NCBI GenBank assembly: GCA_963837175.1
Contig: CAWIMJ010000050.1
Coordinates: 128,001-192,000, forward strand
Length of the DNA stretch: 64,000 bases
Source of the DNA: an uncultured Nitrososphaeraceae archaeon
GTDB lineage: Archaea > Thermoproteota > Nitrososphaeria > Nitrososphaerales > Nitrososphaeraceae
Direction of reading: 5' to 3'
Numbering within the stretch: position 1 is the first letter of the stretch; each line of letters starts with the position of its first letter. The position numbers were made by a program, and so were the translations under genes. This document shows, in pieces, positions 22,627 through 34,309 of this stretch. The notes under the pieces are model-generated. The model did no database searches, was not told the origin of the DNA, and was given only the letters and a program-made list of their open reading frames with translations.

Positions 22627-23196
22627 GCCTCGTTTAAGATCATAAAGATTGGTGTATTAATAGTCTGTGATCTATAGTCGTAAATCATAGCATGTCGTTA
22701 CAGAATTCTCTGAACTTAATAAGAGGATAGTAACCCTTGATTGTGGATAAGATAAACTATTAAACAATAAATCAACGAATGTAAAAGTGGGGCAGAACAT
22801 AGTAATATAAACGGAAGGATCCCAATTTTTAAAACTCATTCCTAAGTCTGACTGTAGAGCAACAATAGCTAATGGTAATGGATGTGCGCTTTATCACCGC
22901 GCTTGCCATTGTTTTAGCAAAAAGGATCCCTATTTCTCCATCTTAATAGAATCTGCCTTTTCTGAGACATTTAGTAAAACCTTACTTGCGATGCAAGGTG
23001 AGATTTAAAAGTTGATGTAGCAGTAGGACCTCTTGTTATTTTTTATGTCGTTCCGTTCTTTGTGAATATTGGTCTGCTGATTTCATAGGGCCTGTGCATT
23101 TAGTGTGCTATAGCATAGGATTCGACAATACTGTTAAAAAATCTATTTATTCTCTTCATGAATTCAATTTATAACTACACTGTATCTAGTTCGTGT

Positions 23197-23547
23197 TTAG
23201 AACTTATGCATTCTAAATGGATTGAACTTTCCTTTACCTAAATCTGTAGAACCATCAATAGTTGGATTCAAATATCGACTCGACAAATATCTAGTAAGAT
23301 CGTTTGGGCCTACTGTATCTGGTTTCCTTTGATTTGAGAAAGTAGTAGATATGTGTATTAATCCCATGTTTTCATTTTCTTTTGATTCATCCAGAATTTC
23401 GCAAAACATACTTGTCATGGAACATGTAGCCTTAAGATCAGTACCCTTCTTTATCCATTTTAGGTTTGAAAGATTTGTATCTATAGATTTTTCCCATGTA
23501 GGATCATTTTCTACTAGCCATCTAGGTATGCGTTGAATATTTTGCAT
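23197..23547 (-). CDS. Hypothetical protein (116 aa)
   Basis: Clean ATG-started ORF; no motif recognised. Confidence 0.55.
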   Translation of the reverse strand: MQNIQRIPRWLVENDPTWEKSIDTNLSNLKWIKKGTDLKATCSMTSMFCEILDESKENENMGLIHISTTFSNQRKPDTVGPNDLTRYLSSRYLNPTIDGSTDLGKGKFNPFRMHKF

Positions 23548-24061
23548 TATTCATCTCTACTCAGAACCTTTAATTAAAACTTTGTTTAAATTGACAATAC
23601 TGACTGCAAACTTTTCAGAATGACCTTAACTTATTTAAGGTCTCGTTCTGGGCAATAGTAAATTGTCCTTCTCATCTATAATATACAAACAGACAAGGTT
23701 AAGGCCTGTAAAATTACAGAATCTGACGGTTTATATATCCGATAACTGTGTCCTGAAGGAATAATCAATATCTGTAGTATTGAGTTATAAAATTAACAAT
23801 GTAACAAACTATGATAAATCTAAAGACACATTAGATTATGTGGGAAGAAAACAAAATATGTAGGCTTGCGACAGTTAGTTATATTTTTTTCAAGCTTCTA
23901 AAGAATTATTCACTGTTATTAAGATTATATAATCAATAATCAATATTAAATGATTTATTTAGTAAATATATTATAATAAAAATTTACTATAGTAATATTT
24001 AAATAATAGAATAAAATATTTATACTAGTTGGCGGGATGCCGTCAATTTTATGGTGAAAAA

Positions 24062-24977
24062 ATGGTAAAAGATATCTCAATGTTTAGTGATAGATGTCCT
24101 CGCTGCGGAAAGGGGCCGATGGTAACTGATAATTCAAGCGGCGAGATGTTTTGCGGAAATTGTGGATTTGTTGTTACAGAAAGGATAGAAGAAACAGGTC
24201 CTGAATGGCGCGCATTTTCGAAGGAGGAACATGAAGATCGAAGTCGCGCAGGAATCCCAACTTCGCTTGCAATGCATGACATGGGACTGGCTACTATTAT
24301 TGGCCCCGTAGATAAAGATGCTTCAGGCAAGCCATTATCGGCTTCTATGAAAAGCACTATTGAAAGGTTAAGGACTTGGGATAGTCGTAGCCAAGTTCAT
24401 GAACCAGTAGATCGCAATTTCCGACAAGCATTTAGTGAATTAGACAGATTAAAGGATAAACTTGCAGTAGGCGATGCGGTAATTGAAAAAGCCGCGTACG
24501 TATACAGAAAGGCTCTGGAAAAAGGGCTAGTCAGAGGACGTTCTATTTCTGCTTTAGTTGCTGCTGCTCTATATGCGGCATGTCGAGACACAGAAACACC
24601 ACGAACCCTCAAAGATATTGCTAATGCAAGTAACATTAAGAAAAAGGATGTAGCGCGTTGTTATAGATTGCTAATTAGAGAACTTGATCTTAAAATGCCG
24701 GTAGTGGATCCTGTAAAATGTGTTGCAAGAATTGCAAGTAAAGCAGGTCTCTCAGAAAAGACGAAACGTAAAGCACTAGAGATCTTAAAGAAAGCAGAGG
24801 AAGGAAAAATTTCTGCCGGAAAGGATCCAATGGGTTTGGCAGCTGGCAGCGTTATATGTTGCTTGTGTGATGAATGGAGAAAATAAAACACAAAAAGATG
24901 TTGCAGAGGCAGCGGGTGTAACAGAAGTAACGATCAGAAATAGATACAAAGGTCTTAAGATGCATCTTAAGCTCTAA
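24062..24977 (+). CDS. tfb: Transcription initiation factor IIB, one +1 frameshift at ~24846
   Basis: CPRC/CGNC Zn ribbon, GPEWRAF and cyclin repeats; the C-terminus AALYVAC...[23 protein letters not shown] lies in the shifted frame; repaired 304 aa. Confidence 0.95.
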
Positions 24978-25416
24978 GGTCATTTAGCAATCTTCTCCTT
25001 TCATTTACTAGTTCTTTAAGGAAACTCACTTTTTCATCTATTGTTGTCTGATTCACATGGTGTTTTAGAGCAAACTCGAGTGAAACGAGGAGCAAAGTAA
25101 TATCTGAATCAAGTGATAAGAGGTGATCGATATCTAAATTCTTAAGAGTTCCATTGGGAGTCAATGTAAGTTCATACCCGCTTAGCATAGCTGGCAAAAT
25201 AGAAATCAATTCATCGTATGTAACTTTATCAATGGATGGCTTCATGGAATTTATTCTTAGTTTTATATTATGAGCCACTAAATTATTTGCTGTGTGCATT
25301 TCGACATAGCTTGCATGTCCTGTTCTTATACCTCTTTGCAGTATTGATGCCGCCCTGACCATTGTATTTAGCTTTGGATATTGCTTTCTCTTTTGTCGTC
25401 TGACGGGTTTATGCAT
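24967..25416 (-). CDS. Hypothetical protein (149 aa)
   Basis: Clean ORF convergent on tfb; no family recognised. Confidence 0.65.
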   Translation of the reverse strand: MHKPVRRQKRKQYPKLNTMVRAASILQRGIRTGHASYVEMHTANNLVAHNIKLRINSMKPSIDKVTYDELISILPAMLSGYELTLTPNGTLKNLDIDHLLSLDSDITLLLVSLEFALKHHVNQTTIDEKVSFLKELVNERRRLLNDLRA

Positions 25417-25792
25417 TAACGGAATTTGAGATTACCCTCTTAAATGCTTTCTTTCTTAAAAAAAGGATTATAATACGCTATATTTTTTATTCTTTTATTC
25501 CAGTGCACGTTTATTTGAATTTCGAGCCGTCATCATTTATGAGATTTAAAAAATGATGCGCCTAAAAAGATTCCATTAGGATTACAAGGCAATATGTGTG
25601 CTAGTTTTTTTATTTCATAACTTCAATTCTATTAATGTTCTATAGCATATTGGAATTAGCGAATATATTAAAGATGTGTACTATAATCGACAAAATTTTT
25701 CAAAGAACAACTTTACGTCTTTAAAGAAAGAAGAGCAGATTAAAAAAATCATGTAACTAATTGTCGGAAAATAGTACCATAGTTCCTAATCA

Positions 25793-26101
25793 TTATTGTA
25801 CCTCTATAGCTGATTCATTAAATCCCATTTTAACCAAATATCCTTTAACGTCATCTCGATGATCTCCTTGCAACATAATGAAACCACCTTTTGCAGTCCC
25901 TCCACATGCAAATCGACTCTTTAATTCTTTAACAATACGTTGCATATCGCTTAATTTTGGATCAATGCCCTCTATCATAGTAGTTGTCTTGGAAAAACGT
26001 CTTGTTTCAAGGCGGACAACAACTCGAGCATCTTCCTTTTCAAGTTCCCCGCAGGCGCAAAGATCATCTGGCAGACCACATTTTTTGCATATAATCGCCA
26101 T
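25793..26101 (-). CDS. Translation initiation factor aIF1 (SUI1 family)
   Basis: ICKKCGLPDDLCAC, LKSRFACGGT and LQGDHR. Confidence 0.95.
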   Translation of the reverse strand: MAIICKKCGLPDDLCACGELEKEDARVVVRLETRRFSKTTTMIEGIDPKLSDMQRIVKELKSRFACGGTAKGGFIMLQGDHRDDVKGYLVKMGFNESAIEVQ

Positions 26102-26174
26102 CTTATAGTAGAATTCTATTTGTCAGATCCTATTATTAAGCCTTCCCGGTGCAGACAAAAGGAATTATAGAGTT

Positions 26175-26597
26175 ATGTTTCTAGAAATATTAATGTCCAT
26201 AGATGATACGAGACAGTATAAGGAACCATCGGCAATAAAAAATGCAGCAGAATTACTTACAAGAGGAGCATCGCTAATAAACGAAGGATGCCCCAAATGT
26301 CGAGGTGTTCAAGTCAAATTCAAGGAGATAATTACGTGTATTAATTGCGGAAATCAACAAAAAGTATCTAATAATGTATCTTCAATACACTCAAAACAAC
26401 ATTCTATGGTTGAAGATTCTAAAGGGCTCCCTCTAGAATTAATAGAGAATAGAATTGCCTATAATATAATAAAGCTAGTAAATATACTTGATTATAATGA
26501 AGATATTAGCAACCAGAAAAAAAAGGCTGATCTTCTTGAATTATATCTTACGATAATTGAAAAAACTAGACACTTGAGAAATAAAGCCGATTTTTAA
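26175..26597 (+). CDS. Zn-ribbon protein, UPF0148/autoantigen p27-like
   Basis: AAELLTRGASL...CPKC...CINC followed by a helical C-terminus; divergent from aIF1. Confidence 0.75.
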   Translation: MFLEILMSIDDTRQYKEPSAIKNAAELLTRGASLINEGCPKCRGVQVKFKEIITCINCGNQQKVSNNVSSIHSKQHSMVEDSKGLPLELIENRIAYNIIKLVNILDYNEDISNQKKKADLLELYLTIIEKTRHLRNKADF

Positions 26598-27005
26598 ATA
26601 TCGGATGTAACTGGATCCAGAAGTTCTTGATACAAAATGTTATCAACAGATTCTACCGTCATTAATACTGTAACACGTAACAATTTGGTTTTTCTTTGTA
26701 CTATCGAACATAGACCATCTCATAAATTTGGGAGCAGCTTATATGTAATAGCTTTATAGCTGGACATTATTGTTTTCATTATTTCTCGAATTCTAGTTTT
26801 TTTCTTTGGTGGTAAAAGAATCCGCTAAAAATTTAGAGAATACTCAAGTTTTCATTTACGAGAATCCTCAGTTGTTGTAAATTCTTTCTTTCTCCATGAC
26901 TTGAATAGTAACTATATATTGGATGTTTCAATTGTAAAATAAAAAATGACGAGCAAACTTACAACGTAATCTATTTAAGGCCTGAATACAACTCATTGAT
27001 TTGTT

Positions 27006-27173
27006 ATGAGTAAGAAGAAGAACGCTCCTTTGCCTGCTTCCAGTGCAGGATTACTAAGATTTTTTGAAGATGAAACCAAGGGAACAAAAATTAAGCCTGA
27101 AATCGTATTAGGCGCTACTGGTGCCTTAATAGGAATATCTATTTTAATTAGGATTCTCTTTCCAGTCTCATAA
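27006..27173 (+). CDS. secG: Preprotein translocase subunit Sec61beta (55 aa), not in the ORF track
   Basis: Hand translation MSKKKNAPLPASSAGLLRFFEDETKGTKIKPEIVLGATGALIGISILIRILFPVS*; AGLLRFF signature plus a TM helix. Confidence 0.93.
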   Translation: MSKKKNAPLPASSAGLLRFFEDETKGTKIKPEIVLGATGALIGISILIRILFPVS

Positions 27174-27182
27174 TGACGATTA

Positions 27183-28955
27183 ATGTTTGGTCCTCGCTTA
27201 GATAGTATATCAAATATTCATAGAAGATGGTCATTTACTCGATTAAATCCATCATCATATAAACTCTCTTACCTTGTCTCTATTGCGAGTACTACTACTA
27301 TTATTATTATTTGTCATTTCTACCTTCTTAAAACGGATTGGTTCATTTTTGCTTCTCATATGCTGTTAGGCTTAGCAACCATAACGGGAGCAAATATTCT
27401 TGATTTTTTTTTATTGCAGAGAACTCCAAATAACAAACTCACAAAGGTACATCATGTTTCTGCATTTGCAAATCTTCTGTGGGTTATAACAATCTTTCTT
27501 GGAATTACATCGGATATATTATTATCATCTAGGAACGAGACTATTACAACCTATATTGTTGAAGGGATGTTCTTAGCAGTTGGATTACGCATAGGAATTT
27601 TTACTTCTGTTTTTGGTGCAACTATCAGTAAGGCCATAACAGTAGCCTTTATTTCACCACTGCTTTTATTATTTGCTTTTTTGCCTTTTAATTTTTATTT
27701 TGAGGCTTTAACAACACCAATCGTTCTTGGTTTCGGGTCTTCACTTTTGTTGCTTGGAATTATATGGACTATATTCGCTGATAGGTCTGGGAGGCCTGGA
27801 ATTAAGAGCACTTTTAGAGTTTTGCAAGCATTTCTTGCTGCGTGGACTGAAAACAAAGCAGACAATATGGAAGCGATTGCAGAGTCAAGGGCCCACATTG
27901 AAACTGTAATTACATATGTTCTAAAATTTAAAACTATGAATTCTGATAAGGTATTTATTATTCTCCCTGATCTACATCCTGGGCCATTCAATCCTATAGG
28001 CGGAAGTAACCTACCTTATGTTCTTTATACGTTATTTGCTAGAAGTGCTATGGTTATGCACAGTGTATCTGGCCACTTTCTAAATATTCCTTCAAAAAAA
28101 GAAGTTGATATATACGTCAAGGCCTTATCTACTTCCAGACTGTCTGAAGCAGGAAGTTCTTGCACCAAGCCTGTCCAAATCAAAATGGAGAAGTGCACAG
28201 TCACAGGAATTGCATTTGGTCATAGTGTTATTGTGCTCCTCTCAATGGCTCCAACAGGTATGGATGATGTACCTGAACATATTCGCACTTGCTTAGAACA
28301 TTATTCGTCAGAGATTGGATTTCAGAATATACTCATTATCGATACTCATAATGCAATGGGCGAATCCTTAAATCAACAAGATAGCGAAATTATGATATCT
28401 GCTACAAAACATTGCTTAAACGAACTAAAACGCGCAAGGCAACACAAATTTAAAATCGGGTTTGCTAACTCTGACGAACTTTCATATAATATGAAATCTA
28501 TGCCTGATCTAGGACAGTCTGGGCTTTCATCGCTACTGCTGCTTGTGGAAGGAAATGCATATTTCATAGGTTGGGCAGACTCTAACAATATGTGTAATGA
28601 ACTTCGAAATTACATTATCTCCCAATTAAATAATAATATGATAAATATGCTAGAAATCTGTACATCCGATACTCATTCGACTTCTGGAAAGAGGAATCGA
28701 CACGGATACTATACTTTTGGCAATTTTAGCACACCACAGGAAGTTGTTAAGATCTATCTTGACTTAGCAAGAAAGTCTATTGAAAAAGTGAGCCCCTCCA
28801 CATTTGAGTTACTTACGAATAGCTCACGCATCAAGGTTATGGGCAAAAGCCAATTTAAAGATTATTCTATTGCCCTAGACAAATCTATGAATATTACTAA
28901 GCTTTTTCTTATCATTACTCTTCTGGTATTTATAGGAATGTTAATTTTCAGTTAA
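27183..28955 (+). CDS. DUF2070-family membrane protein (predicted hydrolase)
   Basis: N-terminal TM region, then HPGPF, HS, DTHN, DSNN and TSDTH motifs. Confidence 0.82.
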   Translation: MFGPRLDSISNIHRRWSFTRLNPSSYKLSYLVSIASTTTIIIICHFYLLKTDWFIFASHMLLGLATITGANILDFFLLQRTPNNKLTKVHHVSAFANLLWVITIFLGITSDILLSSRNETITTYIVEGMFLAVGLRIGIFTSVFGATISKAITVAFISPLLLLFAFLPFNFYFEALTTPIVLGFGSSLLLLGIIWTIFADRSGRPGIKSTFRVLQAFLAAWTENKADNMEAIAESRAHIETVITYVLKFKTMNSDKVFIILPDLHPGPFNPIGGSNLPYVLYTLFARSAMVMHSVSGHFLNIPSKKEVDIYVKALSTSRLSEAGSSCTKPVQIKMEKCTVTGIAFGHSVIVLLSMAPTGMDDVPEHIRTCLEHYSSEIGFQNILIIDTHNAMGESLNQQDSEIMISATKHCLNELKRARQHKFKIGFANSDELSYNMKSMPDLGQSGLSSLLLLVEGNAYFIGWADSNNMCNELRNYIISQLNNNMINMLEICTSDTHSTSGKRNRHGYYTFGNFSTPQEVVKIYLDLARKSIEKVSPSTFELLTNSSRIKVMGKSQFKDYSIALDKSMNITKLFLIITLLVFIGMLIFS

Positions 28956-28994
28956 ATCTATAGGCCAATTTTATGCTGATAGGAAATAAAAAGA

Positions 28995-29069
28995 TGGATG
29001 GGGAGAGATTTGAACTCTCGACCACCTGTGTGTGAGACAGGTATCATGACCGGGCTAGACTACCCATCC
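28995..29069 (-). tRNA. tRNA-Val(CAC), intronless
   Basis: Minus strand GGATGGG...CCCATCC-A acceptor stem; CCTGT-CTCACAC-ACAGG anticodon arm; GAGAG-TTCAAAT-CTCTC T arm; TATA-like box upstream and T-rich tract downstream. Confidence 0.97.
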
Positions 29070-29927
29070 AGTTTGTGACTACATCTTTATAATAAAGAAT
29101 AAGAAATTATACTTTCTAAAGTTGTAAACGCTTACCATATTAATACCTTTAAAAAAACCATTGACTTGTGGCTGCTCAGCTTTTAAGAGTAAATTATTAT
29201 TTGAGAAAAAATTTGACACTATGACAATGTGTCTAATATTCTAACATAGGGAACTATAATTAATTTAGAAGGTTTATCAAAAGATCAAATAGCATTGATA
29301 AACATAAGTTTTCTCAGCTTAAATTCAGAGAATAGAACTATAATAGGTTATGCGGTCCACTAATCAATTTGTTAACAACTCTAAATATGATATGATATAG
29401 TATACACCAAGATGATATAAATCTAAATTCCTATATTTGTTGTTTTCCTATAGTTACTGAGTTCATTATTCTAGATAAAGATACTACCCCCATTGATGTT
29501 TCACTTATAGGAACGGATGTATGATGTCATTATTTCAATGGGTTATGATGACTGGAAGAATTGTCATTAGTCATTTGATAAAAAACATGTAAAGTGGGGA
29601 GATAGATTTAACTTACTAAATATACTAGGTACCTGAGAATATTGCATAAATGTCAGATACGTAAAAAGTATCAAAGTCAGACTTGTTATAGCCGGACTAT
29701 TTCTCTCCGAAAACACATAATACTAGAAAATTTAAAGGGAAACGGATAGGAAGAAAAAGATCTTCAAGTAGTATAAAGAGCATTTACCACCCTTCAACGA
29801 TCCTAAGCTTAAGTACAATCGATAAGAAAAATCGTAGAGCTGAAGCAAGGAAAGATTGTTGAAGTGATTCTCCTGTCAGCCAGCGATGAGGAATCCTGAC
29901 CATCATATTATTAAGTGGACTTTATAG

Positions 29928-30221
29928 ATGCTGTATAAATTTATTATAAAGCCAATAATAATTGTGCCAAAGGATTGTCTCCATCTGATAAGACTAGACT
30001 TCCTTTTGGATAAATTAAGAAATCGAAAGATAGAACCAAATGAGGTCATAGAATTAAAGGAAATTTTAAAAAACGAGCAAAGAAACACTAATGCTGAGGT
30101 AATAATGCAGTTATCCTTGGCATAACAATACTGATGGGATTAGTAGCATAAGAATTTTCAAATAGAAAATTTAATCTAGATAGTCTTCTTAATTTTGAGT
30201 TAGAGAAAAAGAAAAGATGAT
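29928..30221 (+). pseudogene. Possible degraded or frameshifted small gene
   Basis: ORF 29928..30125 (RLDFLLDKLRNRKIEPNEVIELKEIL) appears to continue in another frame (ILMGLVAYEFSNRKFNLDSLLNFELEKKKR). Confidence 0.3.
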
Positions 30222-30283
30222 AAATTATCTCCATTAATATAATAATAAATTCATATATGTCTATATATACACACGCTATATCT

Positions 30284-31540
30284 CTATGTGCCTTCACTAA
30301 ATCCTTCTAAATATATCTTCTGCTCCTCAGTGAGTTTGTCAATAGATATATCCATAGATTCTAACTTAGCAAGAGCAATTTCTTGATCCTGACTTTTTTC
30401 GATATTATATACTAGTGGTTTCATACTTCCTTTGGACTCAGCCAGTCTTATTACTGATAAGAATTGGTTCGCAAAGCTCATGTCCATAACCTCGGAAGGA
30501 TGACCTTCTGCAGCTGCCAAGTTTACTAAGCGGCCTTCGGCGATTAAATATATTCTGCTTCCACTCTTTAGGGTATACTGCGTTATGTTTTCATTCATTT
30601 GCTTCTTGTTTACAGATTCACCTTCTAGTGCAGTAACAGATATTTCAACATTGAAATGACCAGCATTTGCTAGTATTGCCCCGTCCTTCATTTTGCTAAT
30701 ATGCTCTTCAATGATAACATCTTTACAACCAGTGGTGGTAATGAAGATATCTCCTTTAGCAGATGCATATTGCATAGGTGCCACAGAGAAACCATCTAAC
30801 TTTGCCTTTAGAGCTGCAATTGGATCTACTTCAGTTACTATGACATTAGCTCCCATTCCAGATGCGCGTCGTGCAACACCCTTTCCAACATGCCCGTATC
30901 CTGCCACGACAAAATTCTTACCTGAAAGGAGTACGTTTGTAGCACGTATAATACCATCTAAAGCTGACTGCCCGGTACCATAAACATTATCAAAGTCATG
31001 TTTAGTTTCGGCATCATTAACCGCAATAATCGGATAAATAAGCTTTCCACACTTTTGCAATGCTCGTAGTCTAATAACCCCAGTGGTCGTTTCCTCCGTA
31101 CCACCATAAACCGTTGCTAGAGATCCGTTATTTTTTTTATGCATTTCAATAGTTAAGTCTGCACCATCGTCGATTGTTATATTAGGATTGATATCCATAG
31201 CTGAATGTATATCGTCATAGTATTCTTTTGTAGATACTCCTCGTCTTGCAAATATTGAAATGCCTTCATCAGCCGCCAGCGAAGCTGCGACATCGTCTTG
31301 AGTACTTAATGGATTACATCCACACCATGAAAGCTCTGCCCCCGCTATTTTGAGACTTCGGATCAACACAGCAGTTTCCTTAGTTACATGCAAACAACCA
31401 GAAATTTTAACACCCGTAAGCGGTTTAATCTTCTCATATCTCTGTCCCAACGCAACAAGAACAGGCATGTGTGCTTCTGCCCATTCAATTTTCTTTTTAC
31501 CCTCTAAAGACAAAGTAATATCTTTGACCCGATATGTCAT
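30284..31540 (-). CDS. ahcY: Adenosylhomocysteinase, canonical paralogue 2
   Basis: GCLHVTKETAVL, CNPLSTQDD, EETTTG, FDNVYGTGQS and GRLVNLAAAEGHPSEVMDMSF. Confidence 0.96.
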   Translation of the reverse strand: MTYRVKDITLSLEGKKKIEWAEAHMPVLVALGQRYEKIKPLTGVKISGCLHVTKETAVLIRSLKIAGAELSWCGCNPLSTQDDVAASLAADEGISIFARRGVSTKEYYDDIHSAMDINPNITIDDGADLTIEMHKKNNGSLATVYGGTEETTTGVIRLRALQKCGKLIYPIIAVNDAETKHDFDNVYGTGQSALDGIIRATNVLLSGKNFVVAGYGHVGKGVARRASGMGANVIVTEVDPIAALKAKLDGFSVAPMQYASAKGDIFITTTGCKDVIIEEHISKMKDGAILANAGHFNVEISVTALEGESVNKKQMNENITQYTLKSGSRIYLIAEGRLVNLAAAEGHPSEVMDMSFANQFLSVIRLAESKGSMKPLVYNIEKSQDQEIALAKLESMDISIDKLTEEQKIYLEGFSEGT

Positions 31541-32439
31541 ATCTCTGGAAAATAATTTTACCTTATATATATCACTGGAACGTTTATCCTTGAAAAAATA
31601 ATTTTGTTATATACTGGAAAGAACTGATTTATTATGAAGCCTATAAATTTTTTTTATGTGCCTTGTCTCAAAACCACATACTATCAATGCATTTTCTTCA
31701 TTCAAATGGATAAATAGTTTTTAGATACACTCATTGAATATTGAATATTGAATATTCATCAATATATTTTGTAAAGCAATGAAACGGCAAGAAAAATATG
31801 CATTGGTATAGTATCTGAGTTTATTGAATACCTTCCTAAAAAGTTGATATGTTAATCTAATAGAATAATGAACTTGTTGAGCTGTGATGGAGTATAGCCT
31901 AAACGAGGATAAGGATATGCCAGAAATGATCGTATCCAGTTATTTGTAACTACATTTTTTCTTTTTATCTTAATTGTTTATCTGGTAAATATTCTTTAGG
32001 CAGCAGACTGCCAAATTTTTCTAGCAGAAAGCAGGACAGTGGGTATTTTTTGATATTGTCTCGATAGAGTACTAATGTATGCCACCTAAGAAATGGCTGT
32101 ATCGTAGAATGACTCAGGTTCAATTTATCAGAGATAATAATCAGGATAATTACTAGTTCTATTCATATCTGTGTTTGATGCTACATCTTATTATGAATAG
32201 TCTGTGTATATGTTTTCCTCTTTATTAATATGTATTTGATAGCAATTAATAATGCATTACCACACTAAGGGAATCTAATGTCAAACTCCGTTTGATAGTA
32301 TATCTTGACACACCTGTATTGGTGTTAAGTATTGTCTAATGGAATAAGGATTCTAAACAACACATTTCTCTATAGCATCCTATAGTCTATATAGATTATA
32401 TAGAAACAAGACATAAGTGTCTTTGTATAACTATTATTA

Positions 32440-32673
32440 ATGGTTTTTTCACCGTTGATAGACGCACCTAATGTTCGCATAGTACGGGTTCAACCACTTT
32501 CTGACAAAATAAAAAATCTCCAAATAATATCCTGTGATGTATGTAGCGGGGAAAAAGCATCATATGACGTTTTTATGGAGGGCATAATTACTGGAATACC
32601 ATTCTTGAAAAGATACTGCAAAAGTTGTCTTATCCCAGTAGTTAAAGATAATTACCAATTAAATTTGTTATAA
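32440..32673 (+). CDS. Small zinc-binding protein
   Basis: CDVC...YCKSC pair in 77 aa. Confidence 0.65.
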   Translation: MVFSPLIDAPNVRIVRVQPLSDKIKNLQIISCDVCSGEKASYDVFMEGIITGIPFLKRYCKSCLIPVVKDNYQLNLL

Positions 32674-33662
32674 CTATTAAAACTAATGCTGACACTGCCG
32701 CGCTAGCCGGTATAGTTATTATCCATGCATAAATTAGGTTTTTTCCTACTCCCCATCTAACCGCAGAAAACCTTTTTGTTGCCCCTACTCCCATTATTGC
32801 TCCTGAAATAGCATGAGTAGTACTAACAGGAATTCCAAGCCAAGCCATAGATGCCAGGATTGCTCCACCTCCTGTTTCTGCGCAAAATCCTTGGTAAGGT
32901 CGCAGGCTCGTTAACCGGAATGCCATCGTTTTCACGATTCTCCATCCACCAAAGAAAGTTCCTAGTGCAATTGCAGCTGCTGCTCCCAATATTACCCATA
33001 AAGGCACGACAAATGATTTTGAATCTATTAGTCCCCCTGCAATAAGCAGAGCTGTGATAATACCCATCGTTTTTTGTCCATCGTTGGCTCCATGTGTAAG
33101 GGAAAAGAAGATTGATGAGCCAATTTGCAATTTGCCAAATATTCTGTTAACTTTTGACGCTTTAGATTGTTGCAAATAATACATAAGAATTATTGCAAAA
33201 CCGAAAGCTACTGCGAAGCCAGCCATAGGCGATACAACCATGAACATTAAAGTTTTTTCAATTCCTGGGAACACTATGGCATTTAATCCACCCGCTATCA
33301 GTGCCGAACCAACAAGACCACCAATAAGAGCATGACTGCTTGAAGAAGGAAGTCCAAAATACCAGGTAATCAAATCCCATACAATTGCTCCTATCAACCC
33401 AGCAAGAATAACGTAAATTGTAGAAAACTCAGGTTGAATGATTCCCTTACCTACCGTCGCCGCTACAGCAGTTCCAAATATAAATGGTCCAGTAAAATTT
33501 GCAATGGCAGCTATACTTACTGCATAAACGGGCTTTAGCACTCTAGTTCCAACGACAGTCGCTATTGCATTTGCTGAATCATGAAATCCATTTACAAAAT
33601 CAAAAAATAGAGCTGCTCGCTATTGATCCCAAAATAATAAGAATCCCGAACTCCTCTGTCAT
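32642..33662 (-). CDS. pitA: PiT-family inorganic phosphate transporter, one +1 frameshift at ~33618
   Basis: GFHDSANAIAT upstream of the called ORF, PSSSSH, HGANDGQK and PVSTTH; repaired 339 aa from ATG 33662. Confidence 0.93.
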
Positions 33663-33673
33663 ATACATCACCT

Positions 33674-34309
33674 TTAACCATACTTTAAGGCTATATCTTC
33701 AACAATGTCTGCAACCTCTTGACATCGATCAAGGGAACCTTCGAGTGTTTCGTAAATATCTTTTAATTTTATAATCTCTATTGCATTGTCTGTTTCAAAT
33801 AACTCTGCAATGGCAGTACGATAGATTTTATCTCCTTCATGTTCATATCTCTTTATGGTACGACAATGTTCAACTAACTCATTAGCGTTCTTTAACTTTC
33901 TAATTCGTGTCATTAAAACATAAATTTCCTGTGATGCTGAAAGCAGTATCTTTGCAAGTTCTAACATATAGGATGTAGGCTGTTGTATCTTGAATAGCAC
34001 AAACCTATCGGCTGTTCCATCAGTATAATTTAGAACTTCATCTATGGAGCTAGCAAGTCTAGAAATATCTTCGCGATCTAATGGAGTTACAAACGTCTGC
34101 GCTAGAATAGTATATAATTTATGAGCGATTTTATCTCCTTCGTGTTCGAGATCCTTTATCTTCGAATTACGTACTGCGACCATTTCATAATCAGTTACTA
34201 GTTCAAATAGAGATGATGTTGCCTTTACTAAATTTGCACCTTGATTTTCTAACACATCAATAATTGTTTTGTCATTTGCGCGTACCCATGAAAGCCAGCC
34301 CCTGGTCAT
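33674..34309 (-). CDS. DUF47 (PhoU-like) phosphate transport regulator
   Basis: Two EHEGD motifs and TPLDRED; directly upstream of the PiT gene. Confidence 0.92.
   Translation of the reverse strand: MTRGWLSWVRANDKTIIDVLENQGANLVKATSSLFELVTDYEMVAVRNSKIKDLEHEGDKIAHKLYTILAQTFVTPLDREDISRLASSIDEVLNYTDGTADRFVLFKIQQPTSYMLELAKILLSASQEIYVLMTRIRKLKNANELVEHCRTIKRYEHEGDKIYRTAIAELFETDNAIEIIKLKDIYETLEGSLDRCQEVADIVEDIALKYG

Noticed and set aside
28995-30280. tRNA-Val as the integration site of a mobile element; a weak tRNA-3'-like string at ~29594-29613 (gtggggagatagatttaact)
   Set aside because: No integrase, the tRNA 3' end abuts a core gene, and the similarity is too short and degenerate to call an att site
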